DNA from: a virus
DNA: 64,000 nt
Strand: one strand, 5' to 3'
Virus record (IMG/VR): IMGVR_UViG_3300047160_006886
Coordinates: 32,001-96,000 of that record
Shown here: one piece after another, positions 9,927-19,030 of the stretch
Layout of the letters: each line of letters starts with the position of its first letter
How positions within the stretch are numbered: the stretch's first letter is position 1
Made by a program: the position numbers and the translations under genes
The notes under the pieces: generated by a model
What the model saw: only the letters and a program-made list of their open reading frames with translations
Told to the model about the DNA's origin: nothing
Database searches by the model: none

Positions 9927-10208
9927 TCACTTCACCCGCTCTCCTCGCTCCAGGCCAGCTGCCCTTGCCGCCTGCCACCACTCCGGCCGCAGGTGCAGAC
10001 GGTTGGTCATCACTCTCCGGTCGAGCCACTCGTTGCAGTAGCCGCAGCACTGGCGATGGTCGCGGAGCCTCCGGATGTCATCATCGGTCTCGCTGCCGGG
10101 GGCCATCGCCAGGATGAAGTCGCGGAACTCGTCACAGCTCACCGTCGTCTCCCTCTGCTGCTGCTTGTGCCGGCCAGAGCCGGCTGGATTGTCGGCAATG
10201 GGGTCCAC
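9927..10208 (-). CDS. zf-HC2 (anti-sigma-type) zinc-finger protein
   Basis: SCDEF...HRQCCGYC fits C-x(n)-HxxxCxxC. Confidence 0.55.
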   Translation of the reverse strand: MDPIADNPAGSGRHKQQQRETTVSCDEFRDFILAMAPGSETDDDIRRLRDHRQCCGYCNEWLDRRVMTNRLHLRPEWWQAARAAGLERGERVK

Positions 10209-10385
10209 TTACGACTGAGCACGCTTCACCTCCTCCTCGCGAACTATCCTAGTCCCCTCCGGCAGCACGCCTTCGGCCACCAGCCGGTCCAGGAACGGCT
10301 GCAGCACCTTCTCATCCCATATCCTCTGCCACTGCTGCCGACGCTCCTCATCAAGCTTGTGCATCAGAGTCGATAATAGCTCCAT
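10209..10385 (-). CDS. 58-aa protein resembling the portal C-terminal segment
   Basis: Hand translation: MELLSTLMHKLDEERRQQWQRIWDEKVLQPFLDRLVAEGVLPEGTRIVREEEVKRAQS. Confidence 0.6.
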   Translation of the reverse strand: MELLSTLMHKLDEERRQQWQRIWDEKVLQPFLDRLVAEGVLPEGTRIVREEEVKRAQS

Positions 10386-10441
10386 TTCTCACTTCTCTTT
10401 GTTCAGCGTCAATAAGTCTCTTTCGTTAGACATGCCAAGAC

Positions 10442-10657
10442 TCACCGGCCGAGCCGTCTCATCGCTTCGCGGAACGCCTGCTGGCCGGAGTAGTCGGCCC
10501 CGCCCTTTGACAGGAACTCAAACTCGGCCTGGGCACGCTCCTCCGGCGTCTGGTCCTTGCCGTAGGTGCCGACGATGATCTTCTTCCGCTCGGTCGAGAT
10601 GCCAAGCCGGTGCCGGAGGTCATCGAGCAGCTCATTGTCGCGTTGTGGTTCGTTCAT
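10442..10657 (-). CDS. Hypothetical protein
   Basis: GGAG RBS; overlaps the upstream stop. Confidence 0.55.
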   Translation of the reverse strand: MNEPQRDNELLDDLRHRLGISTERKKIIVGTYGKDQTPEERAQAEFEFLSKGGADYSGQQAFREAMRRLGR

Positions 10658-11013
10658 AAAAACTCCCTGCCACGTCGAGGCGGTGATTGCTGTGGCTGGT
10701 TCATGGCGGAGCTACCCCTCTCGCCGCAAGCTATCACGCCGTCCTTGAAACGCTGGCACAGCGTGCCGCTGCTCGTCATGCCGACCTCGTAAGGCGGGTC
10801 CTTCGGCGCATCCAGCCGCTTCTCCTCTTCCTGCTTGCCCTCGAAGGTATCCTTCGGCACTCCCATCCGCTGCTGGATCTCGTAGAGAGTCAATCTTTCG
10901 ACCTCGCGAAGAGCCAACCTGATGACAGCTTCCGCATGGGTCGGCTTATCCTTCTGCAGAAGCTCCAGGGCGATATTCAGTTTGCCGATCAGATAGTCTT
11001 CCATCATCGTCAT
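10654..11013 (-). CDS. Hypothetical protein; N-terminus paralogous to 60858..61049
   Basis: EDYLIGKLNIAL...AVIRLALREVERL vs EQFLVGRLRAAL...DSIRMALSEVKRI. Confidence 0.6.
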   Translation of the reverse strand: MTMMEDYLIGKLNIALELLQKDKPTHAEAVIRLALREVERLTLYEIQQRMGVPKDTFEGKQEEEKRLDAPKDPPYEVGMTSSGTLCQRFKDGVIACGERGSSAMNQPQQSPPRRGREFL

Positions 11014-11255
11014 CGCCCACCCCTCCTTTCACGCTCCTTGAGAGTCTCGACGATGTCGTCGGCCTCATCCCACGGTGCCTCGGCCACCGACACTTTGACC
11101 TCGGCCACCGACACTTTGAGCCGCTTACCGCTGGTCAGGGTAACGATGAAGTAATCCGGCTCGATCCGACCTATCCGCCGGATCGAGACGGTGCCGCCGT
11201 CCTTGTGGATCGAGGACAGCAGGAAGCCGGTCACGAACGGCACCATCGGGTCCAT
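11010..11255 (-). CDS. Hypothetical protein
   Basis: GAGGTG RBS; coupled to the next gene. Confidence 0.6.
   Translation of the reverse strand: MDPMVPFVTGFLLSSIHKDGGTVSIRRIGRIEPDYFIVTLTSGKRLKVSVAEVKVSVAEAPWDEADDIVETLKERERRGGR
11078..11119. repeat. Perfect in-frame 21-bp tandem duplication
   Basis: cctcggccaccgacactttga x2 (encodes KVSVAEV KVSVAEA). Confidence 0.9.
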
Positions 11256-11419
11256 CGCTCACCTCGCTTTCCGTTGTTGGTTGTGGAGGCCCCGGCCGGA
11301 ACACGGATGTTCCCGCAGAGGCCAAGGAAGGCCTCGGCCGGCGGAGACACGAGAGATCTCGGAACGCCCAGTTGAACCGAGACCGGATATTGAACCCGCC
11401 GACCGGAGGCCATGAGTCG

Positions 11420-11815
11420 TCACCTTATGATCACCTGGAACTGCTGGCCGCAGTGAGGACAAGTCACCATCAGGGGAGCCGCGGTCTCCAGGACCAATAC
11501 CTCCTCCGGCAGCACGAAGTCATCGCCTAGAACCACTCGCGGCGAGACGAAGCCGCGGAGCCAGACCCAGCCGTAGGAAGGATGCCAGTGCCAGCGGCCA
11601 CCGGCCCGCATCGGCGGCATCCGGGAGGAAGGCTCGCGGACGGAGTCCTTGAAACGGACCAAGTCCTTCGAGGACTTCGAGACGATGCGGCCGCTTCCCT
11701 CCCGTTGCTTCTCGACCGTCACCGACTTCATCTGCGACTGCGTTTGCACCCGTGGCTGCTGCAACTGCTGGGGCTGCTGGAAGAGGGCGACTGCCATCAT
11801 GACCGTGAACATCAT
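11420..11815 (-). CDS. Hypothetical exported protein
   Basis: Short hydrophobic N-terminus, GGAGG RBS, C-terminal CPHC. Confidence 0.55.
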   Translation of the reverse strand: MMFTVMMAVALFQQPQQLQQPRVQTQSQMKSVTVEKQREGSGRIVSKSSKDLVRFKDSVREPSSRMPPMRAGGRWHWHPSYGWVWLRGFVSPRVVLGDDFVLPEEVLVLETAAPLMVTCPHCGQQFQVIIR

Positions 11816-11849
11816 AACCTCCCTTGCCGGTTGTCAGGTTGGAAGATCG

Positions 11850-11913
11850 AAAAAAGGGAGCCAGGACCACTGGAACATCACCATGACGAGGGACAGACAG
11901 GTCCTGGCTCCTT
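11850..11913 (-). terminator. Intrinsic terminator-like hairpin
   Basis: ggagccaggacc/ggtcctggctcc 12-bp stem followed by a U-run on the minus strand. Confidence 0.55.
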
Positions 11914-12294
11914 GGTTTTCCAGATCCCGGCCCCACTCCTATTGCACGAAGAATGGGAACCGGAACCTGTCGGATAAAGCGGGGGCCGCACTTTCCAAAG
12001 CCTCCGCCGGAACGCAATAGCGACGAGCCATTGCATGCTTGAGATTTTTCGTCCCCGTTTCGTCCAACAGCGGCACGGGGAGGGCCGGTTCGCAAGATGG
12101 AAGAAGCCCTGAGCTTTCGCCCGAAGATGAAGAGACCATATTCCACCCGTTGGTCTCGAAAGGTGCCTGCTGCTGTTTCATCGGACCTGGAACTCGCACA
12201 AAGGGAAGTCCGTCCAGAGATCTCCTCTGGCACCATAACGCAGGCACGAGTCACTCATAAGCCGGCAAATTCTTGAACTGCCAACCCGACCGAG

Positions 12295-12719
12295 CCATGA
12301 GGTATTCTCACTTGTATCTTGGTTACTGTGCCTCTGTATTTGCGCATTCCCAAATAGGCGGCAAAGCCTGCCGTTTCGTGTTTAAGTCGTTCTTCAAGCA
12401 AGTCGTTCTTGTGCTCCACCCGGCGCAGTTCCGCTTCAAGCTCGCGAACGCGGGAGAGCAAGGCGCGGATATGGTAGGCGCAATCGACGGAGACAAGATC
12501 ATTATTATGGCGATCTTGGGCACCTTGGGCATCTGCGATCATGGCTGCTTCAAGTTGTTCGTCTGGCCAGATAGTCATGTTTGCCTCTGAAAGAGATATT
12601 GCGGGTACAATTGCTCTACCAACAACTTCCATTCATCAGGATTCGGCATTGGCGTTACATTACTATTCCACGGCAGTTCATCGAACATGCTCTTATACCA
12701 TGAGGTATTCTCACTTGTA
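12295..12719. repeat. 22-bp perfect direct repeat (12295-12316 and 12698-12719) flanking a lower-GC insert
   Basis: ccatgaggtattctcacttgta occurs at both positions. Confidence 0.9.
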
Positions 12720-12920
12720 CTCGCCACACCAACCATCAGCCAGAGTGATCGGCCAGCCGCCAGCCGGCGGCGGGTAGCGACGACAAAGACCGCTTCCGGA
12801 AGGTGCTGCCGAGTGGAGGAAGTAGAAGAGGCAGTTGCCGCACTGCTGACCAGCTGGCGGCTTCTTCGGCTCACTCGTCCTCGGTGACGATGATGCTGTT
12901 GGTTTGCCATGACTATCCAT
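12711..12920 (-). CDS. Small Cys-containing phage protein
   Basis: CGNCLFY...GLCRRYPP...WP....WCGEY pattern common in phage proteins. Confidence 0.6.
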   Translation of the reverse strand: MDSHGKPTASSSPRTSEPKKPPAGQQCGNCLFYFLHSAAPSGSGLCRRYPPPAGGWPITLADGWCGEYK

Positions 12921-13320
12921 ATCTTAACCCGCCTGCGGAAAAATCTCGAAGCAGAAAAAGGGGCCTCGTTTCCCAACACCGGCACGAGGCCATTAGAAGA
13001 GCCGGTCGTTTCCAGGAGAAAGAAGAGGGAACCCATTAACCCAAACGAACCCCTTCCATCTCGCTGCTGTTGGTCTCTTAAATCACATCCCGATCCGCTT
13101 TTGCAAGCCGCAGCCGCCGCAGCCGCTCAAAGGTGGTGTCAACGTCCGGATGGCGTATCCTGAACACCAGCTCGTGACCCCGATCAACAAACTCGGCGAT
13201 GCCGGCATCCTCGGCGGCTCTGCGGCAGCCAACACAGGCGAGGGAGGAATAGGCTGTCAGCCACAGTCTAGTCTTTCGAACGTCCTGGCCGTCGCAACTG
13301 CGGCTCCTGACTTCGCACGA

Positions 13321-13740
13321 TCAATGTTGCGTTGGCGTGCCAGGAACGATGATCACTCCCGTCACCGGGCCGGCGACCACATCGACCGGCAGGGTGAAGG
13401 AGAACGGACCCTTCGAGCCGTCATTCCAGGTCGCTGTCACGGTGATGTTGACCGGAGACCCGGGTGTCGAGGTCGGACCGACCGCATGGATCTTGAAGGT
13501 CATGCCGCTAGGAGGATCGACCGCGACGACCGAAGGATCACTAGATGCCGGCGCCGGCGTCAAGGTCGCTACCGCCGAGATGTCCGCTCGATTGCCAGCT
13601 TGATCGACCCCATAGACGGTGCAGGTGTCATCACCATTGTCCTGGAGGATGAAGTCGACCACCGCCGCTCCCGCCGCCAATGGCTTCGGAGCCGCCGCCG
13701 ACCGCATCTTATCACGCCTCACGAGTTTCACGCCCATCAC
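13321..13740 (-). CDS. Ig-like domain protein, probably virion-displayed
   Basis: SSDPSVVAV...VNITVTAT, Big_2-like pattern; AAGGAG RBS. Confidence 0.55.
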   Translation of the reverse strand: MMGVKLVRRDKMRSAAAPKPLAAGAAVVDFILQDNGDDTCTVYGVDQAGNRADISAVATLTPAPASSDPSVVAVDPPSGMTFKIHAVGPTSTPGSPVNITVTATWNDGSKGPFSFTLPVDVVAGPVTGVIIVPGTPTQH

Positions 13741-13753
13741 GAAGACTCCTTTG

Positions 13754-14071
13754 CTATGGTTGGGTGGTGTTATTGGATCTCTCGACTCGCTGCAAAGCCT
13801 CCCGCAGGGAAGACTCGACTATCAGCCGCAGGTCGGACCAAGGAACGTTGCCTCGCTTGTTGCCGCGGACCCGGCTGTAGATCGCATCACCGTCCTTCCG
13901 CGACCGCTTCAACATCACTTCGGCCTGCTCCTTGGTGAGGCCGTCGAGAAGTTCTCCGTCCTCCTTCTCGATCAGCTCGCAGAGATGAGCCAGGATCACG
14001 ACGGTCGCGATGCACCTGTTGATCTCCCGACCGAACCGCCGGGTCACAAATTTGTCGGTTGCTTGGATCAT
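13754..14071 (-). CDS. Hypothetical protein
   Basis: Start overlaps the upstream stop. Confidence 0.55.
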   Translation of the reverse strand: MIQATDKFVTRRFGREINRCIATVVILAHLCELIEKEDGELLDGLTKEQAEVMLKRSRKDGDAIYSRVRGNKRGNVPWSDLRLIVESSLREALQRVERSNNTTQP

Positions 14072-14346
14072 TGCAGTGGGGTCTTCTCTCCTTCCTTCTT
14101 CCCTTCCTCATGGGTCGTCGGCTTGCCGGGCACCACCTCGATACCGGTGACTCCCTTGCTCCGTTCCTTGAGCATGGCGTCAGCGATGAGGTAAGCAGTC
14201 TCAGCCGTCAATCGCGGAGAACCGCCTAACTGCTTCCTGCACACCTCACCCAATCCAGTCAGAGCCGCCGCAGCGAAGTAGTCGCGGAGGGTCAGGTCTC
14301 CGTTTGCCGTCACAAGACCACCGGATTCTCCCCTGTCATCAGGCAT
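14068..14346 (-). CDS. Conserved phage RDYFAA-motif protein
   Basis: LTLRDYFAAAALTG...AYLIADAMLKER; GGAGG RBS. Confidence 0.75.
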   Translation of the reverse strand: MPDDRGESGGLVTANGDLTLRDYFAAAALTGLGEVCRKQLGGSPRLTAETAYLIADAMLKERSKGVTGIEVVPGKPTTHEEGKKEGEKTPLQ

Positions 14347-14348
14347 CG

Positions 14349-15260
14349 TCACTTCACCTCCACCACGGCGAGGTTGCCCAGGTAGTCGGTCCGGAACTGG
14401 GGCACCACGCAAGCTAGGATTCGCATGTTCTCCGGGCTCTCCTTCGTCGGCCAGTGGACGAGCACCGGGTCGAGACCGACGACGGCACGGATCACGTCGG
14501 GAGTCGTCTGGAGGACGAAGCATGATTCTGAGTGCAGGTTCGTGCTCTCCACCTCATCGGACTTCTCGAACTGCACCAAGGCCGCTTCAGGATCGGAATA
14601 AGGCTTGAATGGCTTGTGCTCGAACGTCCTCGCGACGCCGCGAACGATGATGTAAGGACCATAGTACTCCACGGCATACAATCGTTGTACTGCCTCTTCA
14701 ACCGAACGAGCCACCATCGGCTCGGGCCATCGCTTGCCGGAGGGAGCCAGTCCCGGCTTCGGCTTGTCGCTCATCATCTCCGTCAAGGCACCGATGAACG
14801 TCTTCTCGATCTCGATGCCGAGCTTGTCGGCGGCCACGGTCAGCGGCAGGAGGTCGGCGACGGACTTGATCACACAGTCTTGGAAAATGGTCGGCAACTG
14901 AAGTTGTGTCAAGAAGAATGTGGGTCCTCCGTCCGTGTCCTGCCGGGTCTCGGACTCCAGTTCGTGCTTCATCTCCATCCTCGGCAAGTCAGCTGCTCGG
15001 AACACCAGACCGAGACCGACCAGCTTCGAGGCCAGCGGAGCAGTCCTGCTCAGCTCAGCGTTCACCAGTCGGTCCATCGCCATCCAATCGTCCTTCGAGA
15101 AGCGGACGTCGAGAGAGCCAAAGTAAGGAACCGGAGAAGCCTTCGGCAAGAGCGACATGTGCCATCGCCTGCCGTCGGCCAACCAGGGACGCAGCAGCCG
15201 CCAGCCCTTCGGTCGTCTCATCAACGCTTGGAGTTCTTCGGGCTTGATCATCGCGCTCAC
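14349..15260 (-). CDS. HK97-fold major-capsid/encapsulin-like protein, divergent
   Basis: KDDWMAMD, LPTIFQD, IEKTFIG, YYGPY, QTTPDVIRAVVG and VPQFRTDYLGN resemble linocin/encapsulin-related phage capsid proteins. Confidence 0.6.
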   Translation of the reverse strand: MSAMIKPEELQALMRRPKGWRLLRPWLADGRRWHMSLLPKASPVPYFGSLDVRFSKDDWMAMDRLVNAELSRTAPLASKLVGLGLVFRAADLPRMEMKHELESETRQDTDGGPTFFLTQLQLPTIFQDCVIKSVADLLPLTVAADKLGIEIEKTFIGALTEMMSDKPKPGLAPSGKRWPEPMVARSVEEAVQRLYAVEYYGPYIIVRGVARTFEHKPFKPYSDPEAALVQFEKSDEVESTNLHSESCFVLQTTPDVIRAVVGLDPVLVHWPTKESPENMRILACVVPQFRTDYLGNLAVVEVK

Positions 15261-15261
15261 C

Positions 15262-16224
15262 TCACTTCGAAACGTTCGAAGTCTCTCCAGCGAACGCGGA
15301 CTTCAGCCCCGTGAACTTGTCCGTGCCTTGCACGTCGCCGAGGTTCTTGTCCTCAAGACCGAACCAGTGACCCTGGTAGCTCTCGACCGACACCGGAGTC
15401 GGCAGAGGCTTGCCAGTAATCTTGGCGAACTGCTCGGCACCGATCAGGTAGACTGCGAGAGCGGAGATGGGCTTGTCCTTCCAGACTTCGATCCCGTGTG
15501 GATCAGGATAGATCTTCTGATGGATCTTGCCGCCCTTGCCGACTCCCATCTCCTTGACGTCTTCGCGGTCGGCACTCAGACCATCGAAGTCGAGGACTGC
15601 TTCTCCTGGATCGCTCATCGGAGCATTGCAAATTGCCCGAGGCGTAGAGAAACCGAATCCCTTCATGAGGCCGGAAGTCTTGATAGCTCCGGTCTCCTCA
15701 TACCCCCACTTCTCCTGTGGCAGATGATGATGCTGCAAGCTCCTGACGTCCTTTGGCTCGAAGACGGCGATGCCGAGGGCACCGGTCTTCGACTCCTTGC
15801 CAATCAGCTGTTCGCCGACGGTCAGACCTTCTCCCTTCTTGTGCTCGGTCGCCACGAACTGGTAGACCGTGCCGTCCTTGTCCTTCCAGCCGTCGAGCCA
15901 GGGCTGAGGCGGAGTCACGAGGTAATTGTCCTTCTCCAGCACCGTGCCGAGCTTCTCGCCGGTCAAGGCGTTGACGCCTCCGGCTCCGATGAGGAGTGCG
16001 ACGGGGGTACTAGTGGCGAAGGACATCCACATCGCTTCCTTGTCGTGGAGTGCCAAGAAGATGCCATCGTCCTCCCAACCGGCGGGGCAGGTCTTCCGGT
16101 ACTCCTTCACGTGATGGATCTCCATCGTACCAAGGCTCGGCGGCAGGTTCGAGACCTTGTCAGCCGCCACTCGCACCGTGCGATGGAACTTGATCTTGAG
16201 AGAGCCGATCACCAAGTCGTTCAT
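15262..16224 (-). CDS. Conserved uncharacterised protein (family also in bacteria and fungi)
   Basis: FHRTVRV...LPPSLG, EAMWMSF, GVNALTGE, PPQPWLDG, QFVA and MGVGKGGKIHQKIYPD motifs. Confidence 0.65.
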   Translation of the reverse strand: MNDLVIGSLKIKFHRTVRVAADKVSNLPPSLGTMEIHHVKEYRKTCPAGWEDDGIFLALHDKEAMWMSFATSTPVALLIGAGGVNALTGEKLGTVLEKDNYLVTPPQPWLDGWKDKDGTVYQFVATEHKKGEGLTVGEQLIGKESKTGALGIAVFEPKDVRSLQHHHLPQEKWGYEETGAIKTSGLMKGFGFSTPRAICNAPMSDPGEAVLDFDGLSADREDVKEMGVGKGGKIHQKIYPDPHGIEVWKDKPISALAVYLIGAEQFAKITGKPLPTPVSVESYQGHWFGLEDKNLGDVQGTDKFTGLKSAFAGETSNVSK

Positions 16225-16263
16225 GTTCGATGCTCCTGAGAAAATTGCCAAGGGTTCGCGCGA

Positions 16264-17910
16264 TCACCTCTGAATCGATCCTACCATATCGGAAGAAAAT
16301 CTCGGCTGAGCGTGGGGACCGGCGACCACCTTCCTCGGCTCGTGCAGCATGCCCCAACAAGCAAGGACGAAGGCGTCTGCCTCGTCAGGAGAGCAGCCGA
16401 GGATCTCGGTCAGCGTCTTCTCCCTGGAGTCGGGGTCCTTCTTGTTCTTGGCTGGCAGGTACAGCCTGCCTTCGCCGTCTCTCAACCTGGGAATGCCGGC
16501 GAGCTGACGACTCAGCTCCCAATACGGGTCTCCCCGCCGTCCTCGCGGCAGTCCGAATCCTCGCGGGTTGATGGAAGGGTCGAAGAGCATCGAGGCTTCC
16601 CCGTACATCTCTGCCCTGCGATTGACGTAGACGTAGCGATCCTCCCTCATCTCCAGGCGGGTGGCGAAGGGAACCTTGCTGGTGCCCCGCCTGATGTCAG
16701 CCAAGATACCCTCGCCGAAGGCCACCGTCCGCACCTCGTAGCCTTGAGCCCTGAGGCGATCCGCATGCTGCTTCCCTCCACCACCACGGTCTAAGAGCAC
16801 GTTCTGCCAGTCCTCTCGCTTCTGCGGACTCAACCACCGCTTGGCGAAGGCGATGATGTCGCCGGTCACCTCACTCGTGTCCGGAGTCTTGCGAGACTCG
16901 ACCTCGATCACGCCTAGCTCGTCCACCGCGACCATCGCAGTGTTTGCTGAGCCCTCGCCAGGGTCAACTCCAACTGCTCTAGCCTTTCGATGACTCCGCG
17001 AAGCATTCTGCGGAAGCTCCTCAGCTCTCGTGAGCCAATCTTGGGAGAAGAGCTTGTTCTCTGGGCCTTCGTAGAACTCTGCCTTGTGCGCGACCGAGAT
17101 CCACTCCGGGTCGTCGGCCCTGGTCTCTTGTTCTTCACGGTATCTGCTCCAGCTCTTGACTCCAGGCACCAGGATCTCGTCGGTCGGCTCGACGCCAGCA
17201 GCGATCTGAGATCGGGCGTACCTCACGTTCGGGGAGTCCTCGGCGGTCAGGCGGAGGACGTTCCTGAACAGCTTGCCGTCGACGATCCGGTTGCCCTCCT
17301 TGACGGCCCTCCGCCAGAAGTTGTCGCACGGCCAGGTGTTGCCGATGACCAGGATGCGGTCGGCCCACGGAGCGGCGGTGTCCATGTACTCGTCGTTGAC
17401 CGAACTCGCCTCGTCGACGATGAAGAGCGTCCTCGGGATGCCGTCCGAGCTGGCGATGTGGTGGCCTCCCATCGCGGCCATCGAGTCGGCCGAGGCGACC
17501 ATGCCCTTGCAGTAGCTCTTCGGACAGACGCCGTCGCGAGTCACCTTCCTCAGCTCCTGGTGGTTGATGATCAACGGCCCGCCCAGCTTGAAGTCCAACA
17601 CGAACTTGCACGTGCGGATGAAGTTGTTGATCTCCCCCCAGAGCACGCGGAGGTGGTCCTCCTTGGCCGAGGTGGTGATGATGCGGCAGGGATGCCTCGT
17701 CAGGAAGAAACAGAACGCCTCCCAGCCGGCCACGAAGTCCTTGCCCATCTGTTGGCTCGCCGGCACGAAGGTCTGACGGTTGTCGAGGACCGAGAACAGG
17801 ATGTCCTCCTCCTCGGGATAGAACCAGTAGGGAGAGCCGTCTGGCTGCCGGGAGAAGCCGTCCGGGAAGCACAGCTTGGCGAACTCGACTGGGTCGATCT
17901 GCTGGCTCAT
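16264..17910 (-). CDS. terL: Terminase large subunit
   Basis: Walker A-like ASQQMGKDF, Walker B FIVDEAS, nuclease GVDPGEG and SPDEADA; start MSQQID behind GAGG. Confidence 0.9.
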   Translation of the reverse strand: MSQQIDPVEFAKLCFPDGFSRQPDGSPYWFYPEEEDILFSVLDNRQTFVPASQQMGKDFVAGWEAFCFFLTRHPCRIITTSAKEDHLRVLWGEINNFIRTCKFVLDFKLGGPLIINHQELRKVTRDGVCPKSYCKGMVASADSMAAMGGHHIASSDGIPRTLFIVDEASSVNDEYMDTAAPWADRILVIGNTWPCDNFWRRAVKEGNRIVDGKLFRNVLRLTAEDSPNVRYARSQIAAGVEPTDEILVPGVKSWSRYREEQETRADDPEWISVAHKAEFYEGPENKLFSQDWLTRAEELPQNASRSHRKARAVGVDPGEGSANTAMVAVDELGVIEVESRKTPDTSEVTGDIIAFAKRWLSPQKREDWQNVLLDRGGGGKQHADRLRAQGYEVRTVAFGEGILADIRRGTSKVPFATRLEMREDRYVYVNRRAEMYGEASMLFDPSINPRGFGLPRGRRGDPYWELSRQLAGIPRLRDGEGRLYLPAKNKKDPDSREKTLTEILGCSPDEADAFVLACWGMLHEPRKVVAGPHAQPRFSSDMVGSIQR

Positions 17911-18206
17911 TTGACCTCTCCGGTCACCATGTCGACGCCGCTCTCGATCTCCGGTACCAAGCCGACCTCGGGATCGACGAGAGAAGCGGCCTTGAGGCGG
18001 CGACGAGACTCCAAAGTCTTCTCCCGCTCCTCGGCCCTCTGCTCCGGCGTCGCCGCCTCGTGCATCGCCTTGAGCATCGGAATGAACTCGTTCTTGCACC
18101 GCTGGCAGCTCTGAGCGTGCCGGATCAAGGCTGCCAATTCAGACGGAGTCTCCAGAGGGGCATCGGCAGGACGGTTGATAAAAGCTCGCAGTTGATCGCA
18201 GGTCAT
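17907..18206 (-). CDS. zf-HC2 zinc-finger protein
   Basis: MTCDQL...HAQSCQRC; GGAGG RBS. Confidence 0.6.
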   Translation of the reverse strand: MTCDQLRAFINRPADAPLETPSELAALIRHAQSCQRCKNEFIPMLKAMHEAATPEQRAEEREKTLESRRRLKAASLVDPEVGLVPEIESGVDMVTGEVK

Positions 18207-18532
18207 GCGACGCCTCCGTTCATCCTCTCCCAGCTCCGCCAACAGTCGGGGCAGAGCGTGCCGAGATCCCGAGGCTGGATCTGCGGACCATATCGCTCCC
18301 TCGCCTCCTTGATGGCCTCGGCCTCCGGCCGATCCGAGACGAAGACCCCGCGACAGATGATGCAACGGTATCTCATATAACCAAGGTTGCCTTGTGGCCT
18401 TCGCTTTCTCCGCTCCCGCTCATACCGCTCTTGCTGTTGTTCCATGTTATTCTCGCACATCGTAGGACTCCCCTGAATGAAAAGAGTGCCAAGGGAGGTG
18501 AGTCCTGCGACATCGTCGTCGGCGTTACTCAT
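18203..18532 (-). CDS. Zn-finger hypothetical protein
   Basis: CIIC...CPDC. Confidence 0.5.
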   Translation of the reverse strand: MSNADDDVAGLTSLGTLFIQGSPTMCENNMEQQQERYERERRKRRPQGNLGYMRYRCIICRGVFVSDRPEAEAIKEARERYGPQIQPRDLGTLCPDCWRSWERMNGGVA

Positions 18533-19030
18533 CTCTCCTAGGTAAGACCAATATCATCGCTAAACCTCCATATGCTGAACGCTCCTACGAGAGACCCCCC
18601 ACATCGGGGACTCCACCTGGACGAATGAAAAAGAAGAACTCAAGTCCGTCGCTGTCGCCCCTTCTCCAGCCGCCTCTGGTCGCGACCATCCAGAAGTTTG
18701 TTGTCGACCTCGCAGTCCTCGTGAACTGCTCCTCTATCCTCCTCTTTCTCGCTGAAGTGATCCGGCTTCCAGCTCTTCCAGCCATCGAGCATCGCTGACA
18801 TGTCCTTCCGGATCGAGGAAAGGGTCATGATGAACCAGACCAGGAACATGATCGTCAGGACCAGTGACACAAAGCCGATGATGGCCGCGAAGGCCACTGC
18901 GTCATCGGAACCGCTGCTTGCAATTATCAGAGCCATGTCTTCCTCCGTTCCAATCTCTCTGTCGCGATCATCAGCAATGTCAGTGCGACGAGGCAGATGA
19001 TCGCAAATGCCGAGTCCGCTTTTGGTTCTC

